The notes under the pieces were generated by a model, which saw only the letters and a program-made list of their open reading frames with translations, did no database searches and was not told the origin of the DNA. Shown piece after piece: positions 46,620 to 59,579 of a stretch of DNA of 64,000 nt (positions are counted from its first letter, which is position 1; each line of letters starts with the position of its first letter). This DNA is from Scyliorhinus canicula (taxonomy: Eukaryota): the NCBI RefSeq assembly GCF_902713615.1, contig NC_052162.1:114818742-114882741 (forward strand). Direction: 5' to 3'. A program made the translations under genes and the position numbers.

Positions 46620-47535
46620 CAGCCCTTTAATTGTTAACATTAGGAAAGAGACCATCCTTTTAGCCAGACAAAGAAATGTGTAAAGCTGAGGGAGCAAAGG
46701 ATGTCAATGTCTTGAAGAAAGAGAGAACCGGGCCAAGCGTTCCAGAGTCTGCACCCTCCCTGATTCACTTCCTTTCCCTTCGTTTGCTGCAAGTCACTAA
46801 TTGAAGGTCAGAATGAGAAAAAGAAAGTGTTTTACTCACAGTCACAGATGTTGGAGACAGGAGGACGTTTTCAGTCTCTGTGATGCCCAGGTTTCCTCAT
46901 TGTCCAGCTTCCGCATTCAGACAACAGGGGAGCTGATTGGATGGAGGAAGAGAGTCCTTCCGGTTTACGAACTCTTCCGATTGGTCAACAACCTTCCTGT
47001 GCACGCATCGGAATCCGCGGTGACATCTCCAGGTTCTAGTCCGCTGGCCCGGCGCGCGGACACAGCAGCTCCTCCCCACTCATTGTTCCCCCTCCTCCAG
47101 ACAAGGTTTCCAGGCAACCGGCTGACGGCTCCGGCCAGAGCGAGAAACCGCTCGGTGATCTCCCCTCCCCCGGGCCCGGGACTGCGCATGTCCAAGGGGA
47201 GAGGCGAGGCTGCGCATGTGCGAGGGAAAGCCCACCGCCTGACCTTCCTGCTGAGGTATTGACCAATGGGAAGAGTTAGGACCGGAAGAACTCTGCTGTT
47301 CCAGCCAATCAGCGCGGGCTTTCTGTGGATGAAGATTAAGCTTCACTCAGACTGAAACTTCCCCCGTCTCCAACATGTGTGAGGAAAACGCTTTAGTTTT
47401 TCCCCCTTTCCATTTCTTTTCTCATTCTAACCTTCAATTGGTGACTTGCAGCGACTAAACGGAAAGGAAGTGAATCCAGGGACGCTGGAGACTCTGGAAA
47501 TCTTGGCCCAGGTCTCTCCTCTCTCTTAAAGACAG
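46620..47535. promoter_or_regulatory. Putative bidirectional CpG-rich promoter D with two inverted exon-1 modules
   Basis: Donors at 46839 (-) and 47379 (+); ATTGG at 46936 and 46980 flanking CTTCCGG; CCAAT at 47263 and 47305 flanking CCGGAAG; TGCGCATG twice; GTTTCCAGGCAAC at about 47107. Confidence 0.75.
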
Positions 47536-47537
47536 TG

Positions 47538-49560
47538 ACGTGGAGATGCCGGCGTTGGTCTGGGGTGGGCACAGTCAGAAGTCTTACAACACCAGGTTAA
47601 AGTCCAACAGGTTTGTTCCAAATCACTGGCTTTCGGAACACTGCTCCTTCCTTGGATGAATGAAGAGGAAATTTCCAGAACCATATATATAGAGACAAAG
47701 TCAAAGATGCAAGACAATGCTTTGAATGCGAGCATTTGCAGGTAATTAAGTCTTTACAGATCCAGAGAGAGGGGGAATCCTCGGTTAAAGAGGTGTGAAT
47801 TATCTCCACCAGGACAGTTGGTAGGATTTTGCAAACCCAGGCCAGATGGTGGGGGGTGAATGTAATGCGACATGAATCCCAGGTCCCGGTTGAGGCCATA
47901 CTCATATGTGCGGAACTTGGTTATAAGTTTCCAGAATCGCCGCGCGTCCTGCAGGCCACCTTGGAGAACGCTTACCTGGGGATCAGAGGCTGAATGCCCT
48001 TGACTGCTGATGTTCCCCGACTAGAAGGGAACATTCCTGCCTGGCGATTGTTGCGCGACGTCCGTTCATCCGTTGTCGCAGCGTCTCCATGGTCTCGCCA
48101 ATGTACCATGCTTCAGGATATCCTTTGCTGCAGTGTATGAGGTCGACAACATTGGCCGAGTCGCCCGATTATGTACTGCGTACCTGGCGGATGGTGTTCT
48201 CATGTGTAACGGTGGTACCCATGTAGATGTTCTGGCACATCTTGGAGAGATTGCAATGGCAGGGTTGTGTGGTGTTATGGTCACTGTTCTGAAGACTAAG
48301 TAGTTTGCTGCAAACAATGGTTTGTTTGAGGTTGCACGGTTGTTTGAAGGCAAGTCGTGGGGGTGTGGGGAATGACCTTAGCAAGATGTTCTTCTTCATC
48401 GATGACATGTTGAAGGCTGCGAAGAAGATGTTGTAGTTTCTCCGCTCCGGGGAAATACTGGACGACGAAGGGTACTCTGTCGGTTGTGTCCCGTGTTTGT
48501 CTTCTGAGGAGGTTGGAGCGTTTTTTTTTGCTGTGGTGCATTGGAACTGTCGATCGATGAGTCGAGCGTCATATCCTGTTCGTACGAGGGCATCTTTCCG
48601 TGTCTGTTGATGTCCGTTACGCTCCTCCTCGTCTGAGCAGATCCTGTGTACACGGAGGGCTTGTCCATAGGGGATGGCTTCTTTAATGTGTTTTGGGTGG
48701 AAGCTGGAGAAGTGGAGCATCGTGAGGTTATCCGTGGGGTTGCGGTAAAGCGAAGTGCTGAGGTGACCGTCCTTAATGGAGATGAGTGTGTCCAAGAATG
48801 CAACCTATTTTGGAGAGTAGTCCATGGTGAGTCTGATGGTGGGATGGAACATATTGATTTCACCATGTAGTTGTTTCAGTGATTCTTCGTCGTGGGTCCA
48901 AAGAAAAAAATGTCATTGATGTATCTGGTGTATAACATTGGTTGATGGTCCTGTGCTGTGAGGAGGTCTTGTTCAAACTTGTGAATGAAGATGTTGGCAC
49001 ATTGAGGTGCGAGTTTGGTCCCCATGTCTGTTCCGTGTGTCTGGATGAAGAACTTGTTGTCGAACATGAAGACGTTGTGATACAGATTGAAGCGGATGAG
49101 TTGCGTCTGGAGATTGGCAGTTAACGGTGTTGAGGGCTGAGGCTGTTGCAGCAATGCCGTCATCATGGGGGATGCTGGTGTAGAGTGCCGAGACATCCAT
49201 TGTGATGAGGAATGTTCCTGGTTCAACTGATCCATGGGTGCTGAGTTTCTGTAAGAAGTCTGTCGTGTCGTGACAGAAGCTGGACGTTCCTTGAACGATG
49301 GGTTTCAAGATAATGTTGATGTAGCCAGAGAGGTTCTCACACAGGGTCCCATTGCCTGATGCAATAGGCCGGCCTGGTGTGTTGGCCTTGTGTATTTTCG
49401 GGAGGCAGTAGAGATCTCCCAATGCGGGGAGTACGTGGGATGAGAGCACATAGGGTGCACTGAAGGTCTGGATCCAAAGTCTTGATCAGTCTGTTGAGTT
49501 GGCGGGTGTGTTCCTTGGTCGGAGTTGCGGGTAGCTGTCTGTAGTGTTCCCGGTTGTTGA
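47538..49560 (-). mobile_element. Penelope-like retroelement (RT plus GIY-YIG endonuclease), frameshifted, with terminal repeat
   Basis: LYCLPKIHKANTPGRPI, TMDVSALYTSIPH, LSTSLYRNPTD..FHPKHIKEAIPYGQALR, and WYIGETM read from the sequence at about 48090-48110. Confidence 0.9.
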
Positions 49561-49786
49561 GTTGTCTGTGTGGAGTTTGCACATTCTCCCCATGTCTGCA
49601 GGGGTCTCATCCCCACAATCCAAAAAGATGTGCAGGGTAGGTGAATTGGCCACGCTAAATTGCCTCTTAATTGGTAAAAAAAGAATTGGATACTCTCAAT
49701 ATATTTTTTTAAATAATGAGGAACGAGTCTGGATGAGAGCCTGAGTTAGTGTGATCTGCAAACCATCCATCTAAATCCTTGCCCTT

Positions 49787-50142
49787 GGGGGCAGCACGAT
49801 AGCATTGTGGATAGCACAATTGCTTCACAGCTCCAGGGTCCCAGGTTCGATTCCCGGCTTGGATCACTGTCTGTGTGGAGTCTGCACATTCTCCCCGTGT
49901 GTGCGTGGGTTTCCTCCGGGTGCCCCGGTTTCCTCCCACAGTCCAAAGATGTGCAGGTTAGGTGGATTGGCCATGCTAAATTGCCCTCAGTGTCCAAAAT
50001 TACCCTCAGTGTTGGGTGGGGTTACTGGGTTATGGGGATAGGGTGGCGTTGTGGACCTTGGGTAGGGTGCTATTTCAAAGAGCTGGTACAGACTCGATGG
50101 GCCGAATGGCCTCCTTCTGCACTGTAAATTCTATGATTCTAT
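49787..50142 (+). mobile_element. Full-length HE1-type V-SINE, preceded by a partial A-tailed SINE at 49560-49712
   Basis: tRNA head, V-core and GGCCGAATGGCCTCCTTCTGCACTGTAAATTCTATGATTCTAT tail. Confidence 0.9.
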
Positions 50143-51112
50143 GGATTTAACGAAGGCCAAGGCTGCAGTCAGATTATCGAAAGACGTGACGGGGTTGTCG
50201 GATACAATATTCAGGGTCGCAGGATAAAGCAACATAATACACCCCCGCAGCCTTTAGTTCCCTTCAAACTTCACCAAAGCCTCGATGCTCCATTTGTGTG
50301 GCTGCCGAAAAGTCCTGGAAGAAGGAAATCCTCACTCCCTCATGGAGCCAGGTCCCACCTCACCTGACCCGTCTCCAGGACCTTCTGGTGATCTTTCAAG
50401 TTGTGGAAGTGAATGATTCCAGGCCTGGGATGAAAACTATCCCTCAGCCTCAAAGACAGGATCCGATGCTCTTTCTAATTGGAAACACCCAGGCTTCACA
50501 TCCAGCTTGAGGAAACGTGGCAGCCGGTCCTCAAAGAACCTAACAGGAGCCTCACCCTCCACACCTTCTGGCAGGCCCACGACTCGGAGTTCATTCTCTG
50601 ACCCTCTGTACTCCAAGTCCTCCAGGACTCCGCCACGTCACTAGGCCGGGTTTCCAAGGATTAAATTCTTGCCTCCGCCGAGGGGGCATCTTGCTCAACG
50701 TTCAGGATTCTCCCCTCGGGATCATTGAACCTCTTCATGGAGGTTTGCAGCTCGGCCACAGGAGCTCACAGATATTGAGTCAGCTCACTCAGCCTCTGGT
50801 CAATCGTCATTTTCACCACCTCCGAGAGCGCGGGGTTGAGAAACCTCCTGAAGGTCAGGCCGCCATGTTGAAAAGGCGGCTCTGCCCCTGCTGAATCCTG
50901 CGCTCTTTTATCAACTGATTTCATAAGGTTCTTCGGCATAATCTTACCAAACTCAACCCTGAAGTCATTCAGGGATATGAGAACAGATATTGATTCAAGG
51001 ATGAGGTAGAGGAGTGCCGGACAATCAGGATAAATGACGGATTCTAGGCGGGTGGCACCAGAACCTGCGGAAAAGCAGTTACTCCCACACCCGCCTCGCG
51101 TGGATCCCCCCA
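50143..51112 (-). mobile_element. Old L1 5'UTR/ORF1 fragment in intron 1 of ZNF-D2
   Basis: Inverted homolog of 46005-46590. Confidence 0.7.
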
Positions 51113-52017
51113 GACAGATTTCTGATTGACGAGGGAGTCGAGGGTTCTGGGGAACAGGCAGGAAAATGTGGTTGGGGAGGGATTTCTTCACTCGAGGATG
51201 TGGTGAAGCTTTCGAATTCTCTACCCCAGAAACCGTGGAGCGTCAGTCATCAAGTATTTTTGGGACAGAGATTGATAGGTTTCTCGATATTGAAGATAGT
51301 GAGGGAGATGGGGGATAGTGTGGGAAAGTGGTGCTGAGGTAGATCGGCCACTGATCCCATTGAATGATTGAGCAGGCTCGATGGGCCGAATGGCCAAATA
51401 CAGCTCTTATTTATTCTGATCTCTGTGTCCAGTTCAGGAAGCAGTGAGCGGGGATCTGTCAATCAGCCTGAATCAGCACCTTCAGGAGAATTGGGAGGGT
51501 GAATATTAGATACAGCAGAGTGAGAATGGAGGGAGAGTGTGTGGGATGGAGATTTACAGCTATGGGGGAACAAGAGAAAAAATAATGTTCCAGAAATATT
51601 GTCTGATTTGAATTTCTATCCTGTCTTGAAGTGATGAATTCTGTAAATTGTTTTACAGGATATTAGAAGAGGAGGAGATGCAGAAAAAAATCTCAAAGGT
51701 CACGTTGCGATTTGACAGAGTCACTCAATTCATCGTCCTGAATATCATTGGCCATTGAATCTAGAAGGAGAAATGTTTGCCTGATCTGTCAACTTTAAAA
51801 TATTTTAAATGTCAGTGTGACTGGAAAAGCACCGAGACACACACACCCGAGTGAGAGTGTTCCAGAGCACTGACTGTGGAAAGAGCTTTAACCAGTTACA
51901 CAGCCTGGAAAAAACATTGTACCTTCCACAGGAGGGAAGAGACCGTACACGTGTTCTGTATATAGACAAGGCTTTGGCTGATTGTCTGACCTGGAGAAAC
52001 ACGAGGAAACCCAAAAC

Positions 52018-52635
52018 ATGGGGAAACCATGGAAATGTTGGGACTGTGGGAAGGGATTCAGAGTCCCATCTAAACTGGAGATTCATAGACGCATTCACAC
52101 TGGGGAGAGGCCGTTCACCTGCTTTGTGTGTGGGAAGGGATTCACTGAATTATCCAGCCTGAAGCCACACCAGCGAGCTCACACGGGGGAGAAGCCTTTC
52201 ACTTGTTCTCAGTGTGGGAAGGGGTTTGGTCGCCTATCCAACCTGAAGAGTCACCAGCGTGTTCACTCTGGGGAGAGGCCGTTCACCTGCTCTCACTGTG
52301 GGAAGGGATTCACTCGGTTATCCAACCTGCAGAGACACCAGCGAGTTCACACTGGGGAGAGACCGTTCACCTGCCCTCAGTGTGGGGAGGGATTTACTGA
52401 GTTATGCAGCTTGAAGTCACACCAGCGAATTCACACTGGGGAGAAGCCATTCACCTGCTCTCAGTGTGGGAAGGGATTCAGACATTCATCCACCCTGCCG
52501 AAACATCAACGAGTTCACACTGGGGAGAGGCCGTTCACCTGCCCTCAGTGTGGGAAGGGATTCAGTGATTCATCCAACCTGCACAGACATCAGCGAATTC
52601 ACTCTGGGGAGAGGCCATTCACCTGCTCTGATTAG
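52018..52635 (+). CDS. C2H2 zinc-finger protein ZNF-D2, 205 aa, 7 fingers; TAG in finger 8, with two decayed fingers to about 52754
   Basis: ATG at 52018 ([13 protein letters not shown]); exon 2 at 51433-51498; exon 3 from 51659. Confidence 0.75.
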   Translation: MGKPWKCWDCGKGFRVPSKLEIHRRIHTGERPFTCFVCGKGFTELSSLKPHQRAHTGEKPFTCSQCGKGFGRLSNLKSHQRVHSGERPFTCSHCGKGFTRLSNLQRHQRVHTGERPFTCPQCGEGFTELCSLKSHQRIHTGEKPFTCSQCGKGFRHSSTLPKHQRVHTGERPFTCPQCGKGFSDSSNLHRHQRIHSGERPFTCSD

Positions 52636-53219
52636 GGGAGGAATTCAGCGATCCATCCCAGCTGCCTCGACAGCGGCGAGTTCATTTGTAGCCAATGTGG
52701 GAACTGATTTTGTGATTCATCACACCTGCTGAGACACCAACAAGTTCACAAGTGATTACAGGGTTGGATTCTGCTGTTATTGTTTCTGTTCTCAACTCAA
52801 TGCAGCTTTGGCATTTCATTCATTCTGTCATTTGCTCAGTCGAGAGGATCGGAGGGTTTCTTTCTGCTGGACTGGCCGGTCTCTTTGCCTCCAGTGGGCT
52901 GATGCTCTTTGAGCCTTGTTGCAAATACTTGGTTTCAGTTTTCACGAAGTTCACAGAGTGAAAGGATGTTTGGAAGTTAAAGGTTTATTAATTTTGCATT
53001 TCTGTTTGGAAGTACCCCAATGCAGACCATATTGCCGTTAAGATGGTTATATGGTTTCTCTGTTTAATTCATCTGGGTGGTTCTCACAGAAGGAAACTGC
53101 CAAGGTATGAGGAACAAGTTGTATGTGGTAGATTGGGTACTTACAATAAACGTTAGCCAGGCAAGCACGAGCATTTAAGGATGTGTTACATAGTTACATA
53201 AAATATAGATTCTTTCAAG

Positions 53220-53980
53220 AAGCCTGAGGATTGGGAACTTGTTTTAGAATTCAGCAAAGGTGGACCAAGAAACTGATAAAGAGAATATAGAATATGGGAG
53301 CAAACTGGGGAGAAACATAAAAACCGACTGGAAAAGCTCCTATAGGAATGTGAAAAGGAAAAGATTAGCAAAGACCAATGTGGGTCCATTCCAGACAGAG
53401 ACAGGAGAGTTTATAATGGGGAATAAGGAAATGGCAGAGAAACTAAACAATGTGTGTCTGTCTTCACGGAGGAAGATACAGAAATTTCCCCAAAACACTG
53501 AAAGAAACTAGTGAGCACGAGGAACTGAAGGATATTAGTATTAGTGAAAAAGTAGTACTGGGGAAAATTAATGTGGTTGGAAGTTAATAAATCCCCAAAA
53601 GCTGCTGCTCTACATCCCAGAGTGTTGAAAGAGGCGGCTGCAGAGATAGTGGACACATTGGTGATCATTTTTCAATATTCTGGACTTCCAGTGATGGTAA
53701 TGTCCTGAGCGGACGCACATCAGGTGGCTCTCCTCCAAACCAGAACCAAACAGGCACTTTTAGGCACAATTTGCCCAAACATTTGAAGGCAAATTAACCT
53801 CGATGGAGAAAAGAAAATCTTTCAAAATTCAATTAGATTCTGGAATGGTTCCTGCAGATTGGAAGGTGGTAAATGTAACCCCACTATTTAAGGAGGGAGA
53901 GAGAAAACGGGGAACCACAGACCCATTAGCCTGACATCAGTAGGAGGGAAAATGCTACAGTCTATTATAAAGGATGTGAT
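53220..53980 (+). mobile_element. CR1 ORF2 fragment interrupted by an L1 5'-end piece at about 53683-53815
   Basis: NIKTDWKSSYRNVKRKRLAKTNVGP; LHPRVLKE; NHRPISLTS. Confidence 0.75.
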
Positions 53981-54269
53981 AACATATGAATTAGGAACAG
54001 GAGTAGGCCACTCGGCCCTCGAGCCTGCTCCACCATTCAATAAGTTCCCGGCTGATCTGATTGTAAACTCAACTGTAAACTCAAATGTAAATTCATTTAA
54101 TTTCATTTTCATTTCATTTTTCAACTCCACACAGGCCCCTTAGAAAATAAATCTGGGACATAGTTATGGGGAACAAGGAAATGACATATTTTGCATCAGT
54201 GTTGAATATTCCGTTAATACAAAAAAATATGGGTGAGGAATTAAATACTTTCACTAGAGATGTAGTAAA

Positions 54270-57200
54270 AACAAAGAACAAAGAAAAGTACATCACAGGA
54301 ACAGGCCCTTCAGCCCTCCAAGCCCGTGCCAATCATGATGTGCTAACTAATAAAAAACCTTCTGCCCAGACTCGGTCCGTATCCCTCTACTTCCTCCCTA
54401 TTCATGGACTCATCCAGATGTCTCTTAAATGTTGCTAATGTGCTGCTTCCACCACATCCTCTGGCAGCGCGTTCCAGGCACCCACCAGTCTCTGTGTGAG
54501 AAACTTACTGCTCACATCTCCCTTAAACTTTCCCCCTCTCACTGTGAACCCTGGAATTGACACTTCCACCCTTGGAAAAAGCCTCTGACTATCCACCCTG
54601 TCTATGCCTCTCAAAATTTTGTACACCTCAATCAGGTCTCCCCTCAGCCTCCATCTATCCAGTGAAAACAATCTTAGTTTATTCAACCTCTACCCATAGC
54701 CAACAACCAGGAGACCAGGCAACATCCTGGTGAACCTTCTTTGCACTCTCTCCGAAGCTTCCACATCTTTCTGACAGTGTAGTGACCAGAACGCAATACT
54801 CCAAATGCGACGTGACCAAGGTTTTATACAGCTGCAACATGATTTTCCCAGCTCCTGTACTCAATGCCCTGGCTGATGAAGGCAAGCATACCGTATGCCT
54901 TCTCAATCACCTTGGCCGCCTGTGTTGCCACTTTTAGGGAACTGTGGACCTGCCTGTTCAGATCCCTCTGTATGTTAATGTTCCTGAGGGTTCTACCATT
55001 TACAGAATAACTCATACCTAGATTTGATCCTCCAGAATGCACCACCTCAAATTTGTTCGGATAAACTCTATCTGCCATTTCTGTGCCCAAGTCTCCAATC
55101 TATCTCTATCCTGTTGTATCCTCTGACAATCCTCAGCACTATCAGCAACTCTGCTAATCTTCATGTCATCCGCAAACTTACTGAGCAGACTACCCACATT
55201 TTCCCCCAGATCATTTATATATACTACAAACAACAAAGTTCCCAGCACTGATCCCTGCGGAACACCACTAGCTACCGATCTCCATTCTGAAAAACACCCT
55301 TTCCATCGCGACTCTCTGTTTCTATAACCAAGCCAGTTCTGTATCCATCTAGCCAGCCCGCCCCGAATCCCATGTGATTTTAGTTTTTTCCAGTCTGTCA
55401 TGTGGGACCTTATCAAACGCCTTACTAATGCCCATATAAACTTCACCCACCGCCCTTCCCTCATCAATTTTCTTTGTCAGCACTTCAAACAACTCAATCA
55501 CTTTGGTGAGACATGACCTTCCCCATACAAAACCATGTTGCCTGTCACTAATTAGTCCATTTTCCTCCAAATCTGCATACATCCTGTCCCTCACCTTTTC
55601 CAAAAGCTTCCCCACCACTGATATCAGGCTCACCAGCCAATAATTTGCTGGATTATTCCTGCTTCCTTTCTTAAACAAGGAACAACATTGGCTATTCCCC
55701 AGTCCTCTGGGACCTCCCCTGTGGCCAAAGAGGATGTGAAGATATCTGTTAAGGCCCCAGCTATTTCTTCCATTGCCTCCCTGTAGTAACCTGGGATAGA
55801 TCCCATCCGGCCCTGGGGACTTGTCTACCTTAATGCAATTTCGGATACTCAACACTTCCTCCTTTGATGTATTGACGTTCTCAAGAGCTTTCACACACCT
55901 ATTCCTGATCTCAACATCCATCATGTGCTTCTCTCTAATGAAGACCGAATACAAAATACTCCTTATGATTTCACCCACTTCCTGCGGGTCCATGCATAAC
56001 TTCCCTCCATTGTCCTTGAGTGGGCCTACTCTTTCTCTTGCTACCCTCTTGCTCCTAATATATGCATAAAAAGCCTTGGGATTCTCCTTGACCGTGTTTG
56101 CTTAAGGCATTTCATGGCCAGTTTGGCCGGCCTAATTCCACGTTTCAGTTCCTACTTTCACTGTACTCCTCAAGGGCTTTGTCAGTTTTTAGATACCGAG
56201 ACCTATTGTATGCTTCCTTTTTCCTTATGACTAAGCTTACAATTTGTCATCCATGGTTCCCGAATCCTGCCATTTCTATCCTTCATTTTTGCAGGGACAT
56301 GCCTGTCCTGCACTTCAATCAACTGGTCTTTAAAAGCCTCCCACATGTTAGACGAGGATTTGCTCTCAAATAACTGCTCCCAATCCACATTCCCCAGTTT
56401 CTGTCTAATTTGTATGTAATTGGCCCTCTCCAATTAAGCATCCCCACCCGTGGGCCACTCTTGTCCTTATCCCTGACTACTCAAAATCTTATGGAATTAT
56501 GGTCACTAAGCCCAGAATGCTCTCCCACTGAAACATTAATCATCTGGCCTGGCTCATTCCACAATGCCAAGTCTAGTATGGCCCCCTCCCTGGTTGGATT
56601 GTCAACATACTGTATCAAAAAGCCCTCATGGACACATCTAACAAATTGCTCTCCATCCGAGCCCCTGGCTGTAAGTGATTCTCAGTCAATATGGGGGAAG
56701 TTCAAGTCACCCATCACATCTACCCTGCTTTTTCACGTTTTCAGTATCTGACTACACAATTGCTCCTCTGTCTCCTGCGGACTATTGGGAGGCCTATAGT
56801 ACACTCCCAACATTGTGATTTCACCCTTCTTATTCCTGAGCTCCACCCATAATGCCTCATTGAAAGATCCCTCCAATGTGTCCTCCCTCAGCTGTGATCT
56901 GCTCCCTAATCAGCAATGCCCACCTCTTTAGTTTCCCCTTCTGTCCCGTCTAAGACAACGATATCCCGGAATGTTAAGCTGCCAGTCCTGTCCCTCCTTT
57001 AGCTATTTCTCCGTAATTGCAATTACATCAGAGTTCGATGCAGTAATCCAGGCTCTCAGTTCATCTCTCTCACCTGATATACTTCTTGCATTGAAGCAAC
57101 TGCATTCCAGACCTACAGTCCCGCTGCGCCCTGCGGCTTCCCTCTGAGCCCTGCGGCTTCCCTCTGAGCCCTGCTGCTTCCCTCTGAGCCCTGCTGCTTC

Positions 57201-58030
57201 CCTCTGAGCCCTGCTGCTTCCCTCTGCTGCTCTAACTCTGAGCCCTGCTGCTTCCCTCTGCTGCTCTAACTCTGAGCCCTGCGGCTTCCCTCTGCTGCTC
57301 TAACTCTGAGCCCTGCGGCTTCCCTCTGCTGCTCTAACTCTGAGCCCTGCGGCTTCCCTCTGCTGCTCTAACTCTGAGCCCTGCGGCTTCCCTCTGCTGC
57401 TCTAACTCTGAGCCCTGCGGCTTCCCTCTGCTGCTCTAACTCTGCGCCCTGCGGCTTCCCTCTGCTGCTCTAACTCTGCGCTATGTTTATCTCAGTCTCA
57501 CTGAGCCCTGCGGATTCCCTCTGCTGCTCTAACTCTGCGCCCTGCGGCTTCCCGCTGAGCCCTGCGGCTTCCCTCTGCTGCTCTAACTCTGCACCCTGCG
57601 GCTTCCCTCTGAGCCCTGCTGCTTCCCTCTGAGCCCTGCGGCTTCCCGCTGAGCCCTGCGGCTTCCCTCTGCTGCTCTAACTCTGCGCTATGTTTATCTC
57701 AGTCTCACTGAGCCCTGCGGATTCCCTCTGCTGCTCTAACTCTGCGCTATGTTTATCTCAGTCTCACTGAGCCCTGCGGATTCCCTCTGCTGCTCTAACT
57801 CTGAGCCCTGCGGCTTCCCTCTGCTGCTCTAACTCTGCGCCCTGCGGCTTCCCTCTGCTGCTCTAACTCTGCGCCCTGCTGCTTCCCTCTGCTGCTCTAA
57901 CTCTGAGCCCTGCGGCTTCCCTCTGCTGCTCTAACTCTGCGCTATGTTTATCTCAGTCTCACTTTATCCCCCAGTCTCTACACTTACTGGTCTGCTGTTC
58001 TGGTTCCCACCACCCTGCCAAACTAGTTTT
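54270..58030 (-). mobile_element. Long decayed CR1 LINE (endonuclease, RT and tail) with an expanded repeat upstream of ORF2
   Basis: KSPGPDGIYPRLL, QHGFVWGRSCLT, SGVPQGSVLG, KFADDMK; CFNARSI-type ORF2 start near 57100. Confidence 0.9.
57122..57962. repeat. Composite minisatellite of nested 20-, 34- and 59-bp units sharing AGCCCTGCGGCTTCCCTCTG
   Basis: Periods measured at 57147/57167, 57241/57275 and 57711/57770. Confidence 0.9.
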
Positions 58031-58049
58031 AGACAAATAATGAGGCAAA

Positions 58050-59578
58050 CTGCAGACAAATCCCCTGGTCCTAATGGCTTGCATCCTAGGATCAGAAAAG
58101 AAATGGCTACAGAGATAGTGGATGCACTGGTTGTGATTTTCCCAAAATCCTTGGATTCTGGAGAAGTACCGGAGGATTGGGGAACTGGCAATGTGACCCC
58201 CCCCCCCCCCCCTATTCAAAAATGGATTGAGGCAAAAAGTGGGTAAATATAGGCCAATTAGCCCAACATTTATTGTTGGGAAGATTTTGGAAGCAGTAAT
58301 TAAGGAAGTAATAGTAGGACATTTGGAAAATGATAATCCAATCAAGCAGAGTCAGCATGGTTTCATGAAAGGGAAACCGTGTCTGACTAATTTATCAGAG
58401 TGTTTTGAGGAAGTCTCAACCAGAGTGGATAGAAGGGGACCAGTAGATGTGTTGTATTTAAACTTCCAGAAGGTGTTCGACAAGGTATCTCACAAAAGGT
58501 TAAGTCATAAGATAAGAGCCCATGGAGTTGGAGCTCGTATATTGGGATGGATAGGGAATTGGCTAATGGCACGAAACAGTGAGTGGGGGTACAGCGACCT
58601 ATAACTATTGGGGTTACACAGGGATCAGTGCTGGGACCGCAACTGTGTACAATTTATATTAATGACTTGGAGGAATGAAGCCGAAATTTGCAGACGGCAC
58701 AAAATAGGTGGAAAGGCAAGTTGCAAGGGGGATACAAACAGTTTGCAAAGAGATATTGAGAGGTTAAGTAAGTGGACAAAAAGTTGGAAATGGCCTATAA
58801 TGTGGGAAAATGTGAAGTTGTTCATTTCGAAGGAAGAACAAAAGAACAGTATTATTTAAATGAAGAAAAACTGCAGAAAGCTGCAACACAAAGGGACTCG
58901 GGGGAACTTGTGCAGGAAACACAGGAAGCTAGCAGACAGGTGCAGCAGGTAGTCAGGAAGCTAATGGAATGTTGGCCCTGATTCCAAGGGGGTTGGAGTA
59001 TAAGAGTCGGGAAGTCTTGCTGCAGCTGTACAAGGTGCTGCTGACACCACATCTGGAGAACCGTGAGAGCAGCTTTGATCTTATGTAAGGAAATATATTA
59101 TTTCATTGGAGGCTGTTTAGAGAAGGTTCAGTTGGATGATTCCCGATAAGGAGGGATTGTTTCAGAGCAAAGATTAAACAGGTTGGAATTTGGAAGAATG
59201 AGAGGTGATCTCATTGAAACATACAGGATTCTTAAGGAGCTTCACAGGGTAAAGGCTGAGAGGATGTTTCCCTCATGGGAGAATCTAAGACCAGAGGGCA
59301 TCATCTCAGAATAAAGAGATGTAAATTTAAGACTGAGATGAGGAGGAATTTCTTCTCTGAGGGTTGTGCGTTTTTGGAACTGTGAGAGTTGTGGGGACAG
59401 AGTCCTTGTGTATATTTAAAGCTGAGATAGACCCTTGATCAGTGAGGGATTCAAAGGCTTACGGGAAAGGGCAGGAAAGTGGACAAGAGAAATGTTGGAG
59501 CAGCCATGATTGAATGGCGGGGAGGCTTGATGGGACGAATAACCTACTCCTGTTCCTATTTCTTGTGGTATTATGGTC
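58050..59578 (+). mobile_element. Decayed CR1 LINE, RT to 3' end
   Basis: KSPGPNGLHPRI, QSQHGFMKGKPCLTNL, NFQKVFDKVSH. Confidence 0.85.
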
Positions 59579-59579
59579 T

